Assembly: GCA_008080735.1 (NCBI GenBank)
Contig: SHMW01000056.1
Span: 1 to 28,480, forward strand
Source: Promethearchaeota archaeon
Lineage (GTDB): Archaea; Asgardarchaeota; Lokiarchaeia; Sigyniarchaeales; SOKP01
Direction of reading: 5' to 3'
Length of the DNA stretch: 28,480 nt
Part shown: one piece after another, positions 8,674 to 17,379 of the stretch
Layout: every line of letters starts with the position of its first letter
How positions within the stretch are numbered: position 1 is the stretch's first letter
Position numbers and translations under genes: made by a program
The notes under the pieces: model-generated
Told to the model about the DNA's origin: nothing
The model's input: only the letters and a program-made list of their open reading frames with translations
Database searches by the model: none

Positions 8674-9510
8674 TTATTCTATATTGTTTGAATTGCGTTC
8701 TTTTGCTTTTTTCCGTGATTCTTCGACGGTAGTTATGGGAAGGGCGTGCGTTGCTGGAGTTCCAATATGAATAAGATTACCTTCTAAAACTTGATCTGGT
8801 TCAGTATAACTATTTGCTCCTAATACTGCTCCCTCCTCTATAATAGTGCCAGGGGTAGTGATTGTATGAGGCCCAACGATACAATTCTTACTTATCTTTA
8901 CTTTCTTGATAACCACTTTATCGTGATAAATCAGATGCGAGAAAATCCCTACATTTAGGGAGGTCATCGAATTGTCCCCTATCTCAATCAATTCTGGATC
9001 TATATATCCCTCATATGCGACCACACTTTTTCCAATCTTGACACCAAACATCCGATATACAAATATATCTGACCACGGAAATGGAATGGCTCGTGCACAC
9101 CAAATAGGAAAATAAGCAGTCCAAAATCGTCTATGCATGTATTTCCAGTCTTTACTTCCCTTCTCAAAGATACCTTCCTTAACGGGATAAACCCAATTGA
9201 GAAGCCTGAATATCACTGCCGAGACCAGCATTACCAGCGCGAAAAATAGAAAAATATTACCGTAAATATTTAAAGGAAGTAAGAACCAGTACCACCATTC
9301 ACCTCCCGGCCAACTTGGGATAAACCTCTCTCCAGTAAGTAGAAAATACAATGAATTAAGGAACCATAAATTGATAAGAATCACTATCATCGATGATATA
9401 AATACTTGAACTAAAATTATTAGGGAAAACGGGGTCTTATATACACCTGATGTAGAAATATAGTCTAAATCTGTCATTTCATCAGTCTCGCTTTCCATAG
9501 TATTTACCAT
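8674..9510 (-). CDS. Membrane-anchored hexapeptide-repeat acyltransferase-like protein (paralog of 7889-8545)
   Basis: Two N-terminal TM segments, PVKEGIF, FGVKIGK, IEIGDNS, VGPHTITTPGTIIEEGAVLGANS, GTPA. Confidence 0.8.
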   Translation of the reverse strand: MVNTMESETDEMTDLDYISTSGVYKTPFSLIILVQVFISSMIVILINLWFLNSLYFLLTGERFIPSWPGGEWWYWFLLPLNIYGNIFLFFALVMLVSAVIFRLLNWVYPVKEGIFEKGSKDWKYMHRRFWTAYFPIWCARAIPFPWSDIFVYRMFGVKIGKSVVAYEGYIDPELIEIGDNSMTSLNVGIFSHLIYHDKVVIKKVKISKNCIVGPHTITTPGTIIEEGAVLGANSYTEPDQVLEGNLIHIGTPATHALPITTVEESRKKAKERNSNNIE

Positions 9511-9708
9511 TCCACTGAATCACCACATTATTAATAATAATAACACCAACAAATAAAAAAATATATATTGAATTGTTTTTATTATAGTTCCTAGTTGGTT
9601 GAATTTCACCAATAATTAAAATAGAAGCTAAAGAATTATTATTATATAAATACTTTTTAAATTTAATAAATCTAAAGAATCAAAAACCAAAACGAGAAGG
9701 AATGAATT

Positions 9709-10641
9709 ATGTCTATTGATTGGCAAAAAGCTGAGGAGCGTCCCGATAAGGCTCAGAAAGTTGATGGAAAGGCTCTTTTAGACTTACGAGCAAAAATCAA
9801 CGACTTAGAAAAACAATTAGCTGAGAAGAAAACAAATTTAAGCCAAACAGATGAAAATCTAAGCTCAACCCAAAGCGAGTTGGAAGAGACGAAAAATACC
9901 CTAGAGGCTACCAAGAATGACTTAGAGCAAACGAAACAATCATCTGAAGCAAAAATAACGGAACTTACCTCTTCACTAAAACAAAAAGACCAAAAGATTA
10001 ATGAGCTAAACTCACAAGTTAGTGAACTAAATCAAAAAATTGAAGATTATAACCAGCAAGTCGGAGATCTGGAGGAAAAACTTAATCAATTATCTGAGAT
10101 GTCTCAGAGTTCCCAAGAAAAAGTTTCAAGTCTCGAGTCTCAATTGGCTGAGACCCAAAAACAATTAGAACAAGCAAACCAAACAATCCAAACTAAAGAT
10201 GAAAAAATATCTTCCCTTGAAGCACAAGTTGAACAATTGAGTTCTGAACTCGATACTACCAAAAGAGCCAACACCACTATGGAAACGGAACTTGCAGAAG
10301 TCAGAGAAACACTCGCAGCAACTGAGGCAGAAAAATCAGAATTATTAGAAGCCGTTGAGGAACAAAAAGAAGCTATTAATGCTCAAGGAACCAAAATTGA
10401 GGAACTTGAAGCGGAGTTGAGTGAATACAAGCCTCCTGAAATTGGCTCGGGAGGATTTGATGCCGAGGAGAGAATCACATGTCCAATGTGCGGAGCTGTA
10501 GGACAAGATATCAAAACAGTTGAGGACAAGTCCAAAGTATTATCATATGTTGGCCACATACCCATGTATGCAAAAACTGTTTTCTAACTCAGAAAACAAT
10601 TGTATAAACATGTGTGTAAAAAATGTGGCTATGAGTTTTAA
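9709..10641 (+). CDS. Long coiled-coil protein with C-terminal Zn-ribbon, interrupted by a 30-nt intron: join(9709..10575,10606..10641), 300 aa
   Basis: About 220 aa of heptad-rich E/Q/K/L sequence, then CPMCG...EDKSKVLSYVGHIPMYAK. After the insertion the same frame reads KHVCKKCGYEF*, supplying the second CxxC. Confidence 0.8.
10576..10605 (+). other. Candidate BHB (tRNA-splicing-endonuclease type) intron in mRNA
   Basis: Sequence ACTGTTTTCTAACTCAGAAAACAATTGTAT. Internal 8-bp hairpin TGTTTTCT/AGAAAACA, central 4-bp helix GCAA/TTGT, 3-nt bulges AA^A and AT^A. Contains an in-frame TAA. Confidence 0.72.
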
Positions 10642-10649
10642 CTAAACCA

Positions 10650-10672
10650 TTTTTTTCAATCTTTTCTTTTTT
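10650..10672 (+). terminator. Oligo-T archaeal terminator
   Basis: TTTTTTTCAATCTTTTCTTTTTT directly after the TAA at 10639-10641, which supports that as the real gene end. Confidence 0.55.
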
Positions 10673-10695
10673 GTGTGGAACAAATCCTTTAAAAC

Positions 10696-11115
10696 TTACT
10701 TATAATTTCTAGAAAAATTGGGGTAAATTCTATTAAATTCTTTTTTTCTTAAAAAATCCCCTTTTTGGACGCATTTTTCATGTTTCCTTAAATGTATATA
10801 ATTTCTATAATCCTTTAGTATATTTTTTATTAAATTCCAATCAGTGTAGGTACGAATTTCATCTGAATATATCTTGGAATTTTTCATAAAAAATTCAATC
10901 ATTTCACGAAAGGTTACATATTGCCATTTTTTCTTCCTATCATTGGTTATTTGTAAAGGAATAACAGTTTTTTCTTTAAGCCATATAGAAAGCAAATATT
11001 CTAACATGATCCCAATTTTAATACAAGCATCTTTCCAAGAACCGTTTTCTACAATCCCGTCCAATTCTTTACATTTATTAAGTAAAATCTCTCTTTTTAT
11101 TGGGTTTTTTCTTTC
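10696..11115 (-). pseudogene. Probably 5'-truncated HEPN-like (DUF4145/Abi-like) gene
   Basis: ACIKIGIMLEYLL helix and LKDYRNYIH (RN..H) motif. The frame is open upstream of TTG 11064 (ERKNPIKREILLNKCKE) with no ATG, and overlaps the tail of the upstream gene remnant. Confidence 0.5.
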
Positions 11116-11252
11116 TTACCATATCCACATTTTATACATTCTAATTCAAGCTTGGTAAATTCTCCAGTATATTTTTCAATATTTTTAATTTCAATATTAA
11201 AAAATTTATCTTTTCTATTTAGATCTTCTATAGTATTTTTTATGTCTTTATA

Positions 11253-13262
11253 TTATTCAATTTTTTGGAGATTTTTCCTGATATTCATATTCTCTTGTTT
11301 AGTTAAAACATACCAAATATCAAAAATCTCAATTAAATTCTCATTCCTTAATTCTTTTTTTAAATCTTTGGTAGTTAATATTGGAATATTTTTTTTAATT
11401 AAGTCCTTACGAATCTCTAATAGTTTAGATATATCGAGGTTGCGATGATAAACTATTGCTTTTTTATAGATTTTTTTCAAATCTCCTTTGATTCCAATAA
11501 TATTAGCAAATAGAAAAGGGTTTAAAAGATAGACTCCTCTTGTTTCCAAGCTTTTTCCCTTATATTTAACTTTTTTGGGCAATTTATAAAATTTTAAAGA
11601 TTTGCTTTCTCTTGTACAAACGATAAACAGTGCTTCTTCTAATGGATTTCTTAAATATTTCCTTATTCTTTCAAATACTCTCGATTCAATTAATTTTCCA
11701 TTATTATCAAATACTACAGTATAATCAAATAAAAAATATTTTTTTTTACCAATTTCTCCATATAATTCGGGTAAATTACTTCTAATTTTGTCTTTAAAGT
11801 TTTTATTACTTAAAATTAATCCATCAACTGTATAATTTCTTAATGGCTCATATAAAGCAATTTCAGAATAAAAATAAGGATTATTTTCTGAGACTATATA
11901 TCTAATAATCTCATGGAGTAAATTTCCCGCCTCCACTCTTATATCTTGTTGCGGTTTTAAATTTAGAGAATGTATAAAATCAATATAAGTTAAATTAGGA
12001 ATTTGATATATCTGATTTATGAAACCACGATAATACTTCATAACGCTCTCGGCAAGAGGAGCTATTCCATCTGGTATATTCTGAGTTTTTCTTAAAAATG
12101 GATAGACTTTTTTCTGAAAGAATTCAGTTAATTCACTATAATCCATATTAGAATAAAGATATTCATGAATTGGTGATAAATCAGAATATTGTAGAAGTTC
12201 ATTATGTCTTTTAATATTTTTTAATTTTTCATAGAGATAGCGATATTTAGTACTTCGGAAATTTGATGCTGTGGGTTTTATATTTTCTTTCTGAATTTTT
12301 GAAGCAACGAATAATTTAAAAAATTCAAAAGCTAATTCTAATCCTGATCGCCACTCTTTATTAATTTTATTCTTAAAGTTTAATTCTTGATTAATCCAAT
12401 ACCAACGGCTTTTTGAATTTAAAACTTTCCTTACTTTAACACCATTTTCTTTAAGCCATTCTAATTCTCTTTTTGAATAAAAAAAACTTAAATTATATCT
12501 ATTTTTAAGGTATGTAATAATTTCTAAAAGTTCAGTTTTAGAAAAGGATAAATTAAGATCATTAGCTAGCCTACTTGGGCTTATTCCTCTCCTTTGCTCT
12601 TCTGGTCTTTCATATAATTTCTTAATCTTTTTAACTAACTTTGCTAAAATACCAAAATAGTTCCTAAAAGAATCTTCATATTTTGGATTTTCTAAATATT
12701 CTCTTAACTCTTCCAATTCTTTGAAATTAATCTTTTTTCTCTCTCTAGAACTTCTTTTTGAACAATAATTATCTAAAAAATTCTGAAAATCTTTAATTGT
12801 TTTATACTCATCTTTAAGTATAAAATCTATTACTTTTTGAACAATTGATTCGATTGAAAGCTCATTTTCTAAAATTATTGAATATATATAAGAACAGATA
12901 ATTGTTCTAGGAACTTGAGGAAATGAAGTCACTCTTTTATCGTCTATATTTATCTGAAAATATGGAGTTTTTCCTTGAAATAATTCTTTTTCGTAAAAAT
13001 TTCTATAGGTTCTATCAAATTTAGATAAAAACCACAAATTTCTATAATAATTGAAAGTTCTTTTATTTGGTTTTCCTACAATTTCTTTAGCATATGGGAA
13101 AATCCTTACAAATTCTTTCCAATGTTCAAATTTAATATCTTTTCCTTCCTTAATCTTTTCTATATTTTGATCAAAAAAGGTTGATATATAGAATGGGATA
13201 TTATTTCCTTTTTTGATATATCTTCTAAATAATGATATCCTTTCTTTCTTTTTATCATTCAA
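11253..13262 (-). CDS. Large basic protein with putative C-terminal PD-(D/E)XK-like nuclease domain; possibly prematurely terminated
   Basis: AGNLLHEII...SEI...VDGLI...LFDYT resembles a restriction-like nuclease core. Preceded by two helical repeat-like blocks (KPTASNF..Y.YL / APLAESV..Y.GF...TYIDFI..LNLKP). TTG start with AGGAGA. Very AT-rich. Confidence 0.55.
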   Translation of the reverse strand: MNDKKKERISLFRRYIKKGNNIPFYISTFFDQNIEKIKEGKDIKFEHWKEFVRIFPYAKEIVGKPNKRTFNYYRNLWFLSKFDRTYRNFYEKELFQGKTPYFQINIDDKRVTSFPQVPRTIICSYIYSIILENELSIESIVQKVIDFILKDEYKTIKDFQNFLDNYCSKRSSRERKKINFKELEELREYLENPKYEDSFRNYFGILAKLVKKIKKLYERPEEQRRGISPSRLANDLNLSFSKTELLEIITYLKNRYNLSFFYSKRELEWLKENGVKVRKVLNSKSRWYWINQELNFKNKINKEWRSGLELAFEFFKLFVASKIQKENIKPTASNFRSTKYRYLYEKLKNIKRHNELLQYSDLSPIHEYLYSNMDYSELTEFFQKKVYPFLRKTQNIPDGIAPLAESVMKYYRGFINQIYQIPNLTYIDFIHSLNLKPQQDIRVEAGNLLHEIIRYIVSENNPYFYSEIALYEPLRNYTVDGLILSNKNFKDKIRSNLPELYGEIGKKKYFLFDYTVVFDNNGKLIESRVFERIRKYLRNPLEEALFIVCTRESKSLKFYKLPKKVKYKGKSLETRGVYLLNPFLFANIIGIKGDLKKIYKKAIVYHRNLDISKLLEIRKDLIKKNIPILTTKDLKKELRNENLIEIFDIWYVLTKQENMNIRKNLQKIE

Positions 13263-13527
13263 TACTTTGAAATCTCCTACTAAATTAACGTATTTTTCAT
13301 TATGATTCAGTAAGAAACTATTTAAATGACTTTAAAATTTATTGTATGATTTGAATTGATAAAATATTAGCATTTTAGTAAAAACTATTTTTTTTCTTTC
13401 TTTTCTTTTAACTGAATAATCTCCAGAGTTCTAGCTGGTTTTAGGGCTTGATTTTTAGGTTTTTTAAAATTTTATTAAAAATTCATATTTCATAATTTTA
13501 ATATATTCCGACATTCATTCTTAAACT

Positions 13528-14841
13528 ATGAAGAATAATTCAGAAAAAAAATACATTGGCACCCTATCCCAAACAGAATTATTAAAGTTATATGCGAAAC
13601 ATGTCAATAAACCTAAGGTACAGATTTTCAAGCAATTTGGATTCGCGGTAATTCCTGGGGAACGTTCTGGCATCTATTTAAAAACACTGGGCGGTTCAAA
13701 GAAAGGGCAACCTCCAATGGAAATCATTAATTGCAGATCGAGTGGGGGTGTGTTTAATCTCGGTCATCGTCATCCAGAAATAGTGAATGAATTGAAAGAT
13801 GCTTTGAATGGCGGGTTAGATCTCGGGGATCATATGCTCTTATCCGAACAGAGGGCCTTATTAGGACGACAACTTGCAGAACTCCTACCTGGTGATTTAG
13901 ATAAGACAACTTTTGGTGTGAGCGGAGGGGAGGCTATTGATAGTGCCATTAAATTTTCGAGGGCTTATACCAAACGCAAAGGATGTATTTCTGCCATAGG
14001 AGGATATCATGGACATACTGGGTTTGCATTACTCACGGGAGACCCCGACTTCAAAGATACTTTTTTGTGGAATAATCCCGATTTTATGCAAGTTCCATTT
14101 GGAAACTTAGATGCAATGGAGAAAGCAATTAATGAAGATGTAGCGTGCGTAATTTTAGAAGGCATCCCCGCGACTGGAGGCGTACTAATAGCACCTGAGG
14201 GTTACTTTCCTGGCGTTAGAGAGCTCTGTGATGAGAACGGAGTTATGCTTATCCTTGATGAAGTTCAATCTGGATTAGGAAGGACCGGAGAATTTTGGTC
14301 CTTCGACGGGGGTTTATACCCGAATGATAAAATTGTTCCAGATTTTGTAGTCTGTGGAAAAGGGATGAGCTCTGGAATCTATCCACTTTCCACCTGTAGC
14401 TATAAATCGAAAATTGAAAAATCAATCTTTAAAGAAGATCCCTTTATTCATATCTCTACTACGGGGGGATCTGATCTTGGATGCGCAGTTGCCTCAAAAA
14501 TGTTGGAAATTCAATCTGATCCAGACTTTCTCGCTCATGTAAAAAAATTGGGTGAGTCATTTGAAAAAGGTCTCAGAAAAATTCAATATGATCATTCTGA
14601 CCTTATCAAAGAAGTCCGTGGGCGTGGATTAATGTGGGGTATAGAATTTTATGAGGAAATAGACGGTCAATTAAATATGCTCCATTGTATAAACGAGGGA
14701 GTGTTATTAAATTATTGTGGAAACAATAAAGCAACCGATATCATCATGCCCCCCCTAATAATTACCCAAGAGCAGCTTACCGATGTACTCGACAGGATCA
14801 GCAATGCTATCACTAGATTAAGTAAGTTGAAAAAGTCATAA
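13528..14841 (+). CDS. Class III PLP-dependent aminotransferase (ornithine/putrescine aminotransferase-like)
   Basis: FNLGHRHP, SGGEAID, YHGHT, DEVQSGLGRTG, GKGMSSG (PLP Lys), EVRGRGLMWGIE, IMPPL. Confidence 0.92.
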   Translation: MKNNSEKKYIGTLSQTELLKLYAKHVNKPKVQIFKQFGFAVIPGERSGIYLKTLGGSKKGQPPMEIINCRSSGGVFNLGHRHPEIVNELKDALNGGLDLGDHMLLSEQRALLGRQLAELLPGDLDKTTFGVSGGEAIDSAIKFSRAYTKRKGCISAIGGYHGHTGFALLTGDPDFKDTFLWNNPDFMQVPFGNLDAMEKAINEDVACVILEGIPATGGVLIAPEGYFPGVRELCDENGVMLILDEVQSGLGRTGEFWSFDGGLYPNDKIVPDFVVCGKGMSSGIYPLSTCSYKSKIEKSIFKEDPFIHISTTGGSDLGCAVASKMLEIQSDPDFLAHVKKLGESFEKGLRKIQYDHSDLIKEVRGRGLMWGIEFYEEIDGQLNMLHCINEGVLLNYCGNNKATDIIMPPLIITQEQLTDVLDRISNAITRLSKLKKS

Positions 14842-14977
14842 ATAGTGTTATTTACACTTTTCTCTTTCTTTATTTTCCCAATGATTGTTATCCCTCGTTC
14901 CAAAATATTAAAAATTATAAACTATGGGAATTACTAAAAAAATAACACATTTTAAAATTTTAACCTAACAAAAAATC

Positions 14978-16423
14978 ATGGACTTAGAAAAGCTCTTTCG
15001 TCCGAAATCGATGGCAGTTGTAGGAGTCAGTAAAAGCAACAATTTATCACCTGGAAGAATTATTTTACTAAAGAATGAATTTGAGATGAATGTTGACGTG
15101 TATGGAATTCATCCAACTGGTGGAGCAATAGAGGGTATACCACTTTATAAAAGTTTAGATGAATTACCTGTCAAACCTGACATTTTAGCCATTGCGGTCG
15201 GCCCAGATGATACCTTAAGCTATATTGAACAGTGTGTACAATATGATATCCCCGCAAGTATCATCATTGGCGGAGGATTTGCGGAAATTGGTGGAAAAGG
15301 GATTGAACGACAACAAAAATTAGAAAAAATTGCCTTTGAGAATGATATCGCAGTGCTAGGACCCAATTGTATAGGCGTCTATTCTCCCCCTCTGATCGAT
15401 ACGGTGTTTCTACCCACTGAGCGAATTACTCGACCCCCGAAAGGTTCTGTTGCCCTTATCAGCCAATCGGGTGGGGTACTCATAGACCAATTTTTCGTGA
15501 AATTCAAAGAAAGAAATATAGGTGTATCTACTGCTGTGTCCATTGGAAATAGGGCGGTTGTGGATGAGACTATGCTTTTGGAATATTTTAGCAAAGTGGA
15601 TCCCGACACCAGTAATATTGCCTTTTATTTAGAAGGATTTAAAGAAGATGGCGCTCGAAAATTTCTCAATCTTGCGAAGCAATCAGAAGATACTGTCATT
15701 GCTTACTTTGGAGGGATCACAGCTCAAGGGAAAGTGGCTACGCAATCGCATACTGCAAGTCTTGGAGGGAATCTGAAAGTACTTTCTGGAGCCTTGAAAC
15801 AATTTTATATAATTCAACCGCATTCTGAACGTGAATTATTAACAGAACTTAAGGTGTTTGATGTACTCTCTCACAAGCAAAAACCATTTGGGCAGAATAC
15901 TGTTACTTTTGGAGATGTTGCGGTATTGTCAGTCTCCGGAGGACATGGAGTGTTATGTGCGGACATGTTAAAAGATTATGGCCTTAAAGCAGTCCAGTTT
16001 AGTGATGAAGAAAAGGAAGATATGTACGAGCTTATGAATCCCGTTGCGAGAGAGATTGCGTCATTCAATAATCCTATTGACTTAACCGGCTCAGTATTGG
16101 ACAAGGATATTGAAAGTATAATAGAATATCTATCGGGATTAGAACGCATAGAATGTATTTTACTTTTATTATTACCATATCCCCCCAATATATCATTCCA
16201 GATTGGAAGAAGAATTACCAATGTTGTGGCAAACAAGAGAAAGCCCATTATTACGTTCATTCCCTATGTAGAAAAATATCAAATGATTATCGAATCGCTT
16301 GAGATAGGTAACATTCCCGTTTTTCATAGTATTAAGGAAGTAGTGCAAGCTGCCTCTGCGCTAAAAACAAGAACGCGATTCCAAAATCTAAAGCGAGAAA
16401 ATATCTTTTGGGAAGATAGATAA
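14978..16423 (+). CDS. Acyl-CoA synthetase (NDP-forming), alpha subunit
   Basis: LFRPKSMAVVGVS, GGFAE, LGPNCIG, SQSGG, SIGN, SHTASL (phospho-His), SGGHGVLCAD, NPIDLTG. No fused ATP-grasp domain. Confidence 0.9.
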   Translation: MDLEKLFRPKSMAVVGVSKSNNLSPGRIILLKNEFEMNVDVYGIHPTGGAIEGIPLYKSLDELPVKPDILAIAVGPDDTLSYIEQCVQYDIPASIIIGGGFAEIGGKGIERQQKLEKIAFENDIAVLGPNCIGVYSPPLIDTVFLPTERITRPPKGSVALISQSGGVLIDQFFVKFKERNIGVSTAVSIGNRAVVDETMLLEYFSKVDPDTSNIAFYLEGFKEDGARKFLNLAKQSEDTVIAYFGGITAQGKVATQSHTASLGGNLKVLSGALKQFYIIQPHSERELLTELKVFDVLSHKQKPFGQNTVTFGDVAVLSVSGGHGVLCADMLKDYGLKAVQFSDEEKEDMYELMNPVAREIASFNNPIDLTGSVLDKDIESIIEYLSGLERIECILLLLLPYPPNISFQIGRRITNVVANKRKPIITFIPYVEKYQMIIESLEIGNIPVFHSIKEVVQAASALKTRTRFQNLKRENIFWEDR

Positions 16424-16463
16424 TAATTCTATTCTTTATATGTCTCCCTTTTTTAGCTTGGGT

Positions 16464-17282
16464 TTATTCCACATCAATTATATTTTCCATTTCTGCGATG
16501 GATTTTGAGATGTAGGATTCATCAAAGAGAGATAAGCTTATAGCATTCTGTGGACAAATTTCTATACAACGCCCACACCCGCGGCATTCTCTACTAATCT
16601 CTATGTCTTTACCCCGTTTTTGGATAGCATTTACAAAACATACATCATTAAGGCATTTTTCACAGAGAGCGCATTTTTGATTATCGATTTTGACTTGAAT
16701 TCCGGGCATTTTTTTTATTTTTGATCCAATATCTTTATCTAAAATCGGCGAAATCCTCCATAAACAGCAACACGGACAGCAGTTACAGATAGATAGGAGC
16801 TTCTCACCATCTTTTACTCCCAACCATTGCTTATCTAATAAATTCTTGCCGATCATATGGACTAATCCCTCGCTACTACATTTTCTTATATGCTCTAACG
16901 CCTCTTCTTTACTAACCCGCTTACCTAATTTGGGATTTATATCTAATACCCCCTTTCCCAAAAATAAACATCCGAGCTCAATAGGATAATCCTCGCATTC
17001 CATACTGGCTCGGCAAATACAGAAATCCATAATCCAATGATAATTAGCTTTCTTAATAAAATATTCTAACACTTGGGACGGCAAGACAAAATTATCTGGT
17101 TTTCCAATATTTTGTTCAATAGGAATGACGGTATCTTTTGGAAGGTAAATGATATTGTCTCCTTTAAACAGTAAGAAATCAAATAATTTATTCAAGATTG
17201 GAATATTCGTTAATTTTGCAATCAGTTTTACGTTCGGAAATGCTTTCTTCAATAATTTTACAAACCAAATTGGTCGAGCCAT
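16464..17282 (-). CDS. 4Fe-4S ferredoxin-domain protein
   Basis: CICR...C...CL, ICNCCPCCC, CALCEKCLNDVC, CRGCGRCIEICP. Confidence 0.88.
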   Translation of the reverse strand: MARPIWFVKLLKKAFPNVKLIAKLTNIPILNKLFDFLLFKGDNIIYLPKDTVIPIEQNIGKPDNFVLPSQVLEYFIKKANYHWIMDFCICRASMECEDYPIELGCLFLGKGVLDINPKLGKRVSKEEALEHIRKCSSEGLVHMIGKNLLDKQWLGVKDGEKLLSICNCCPCCCLWRISPILDKDIGSKIKKMPGIQVKIDNQKCALCEKCLNDVCFVNAIQKRGKDIEISRECRGCGRCIEICPQNAISLSLFDESYISKSIAEMENIIDVE

Positions 17283-17379
17283 TGTAATTAAGTCCTTTTT
17301 TATTAATTTTTATGTGGTATCATTAAATCTAACAATATTCTGTATTAAAATTTACTCCATCATAAATAAACCTTCAATT

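Noticed and set aside
9780-10430. Possible SMC/Rad50 or DNA tandem repeat
   Set aside because: No Walker motifs or hinge. The periodicity is protein-level heptads, not nucleotide repeats.
10585-10587. TAA as the true end of the coiled-coil gene, or as a readthrough/recoding site
   Set aside because: It would leave a half Zn-ribbon, and the terminator follows the later TAA. UAA is not a Sec/Pyl codon, and readthrough would insert 10 residues within the ribbon. An intron is more parsimonious, though unproven.
10569-10607. Alternative BHB registers (28- or 32-nt excision)
   Set aside because: They pair no better and shift the frame, losing CKKC. Only the 30-nt register restores the protein.
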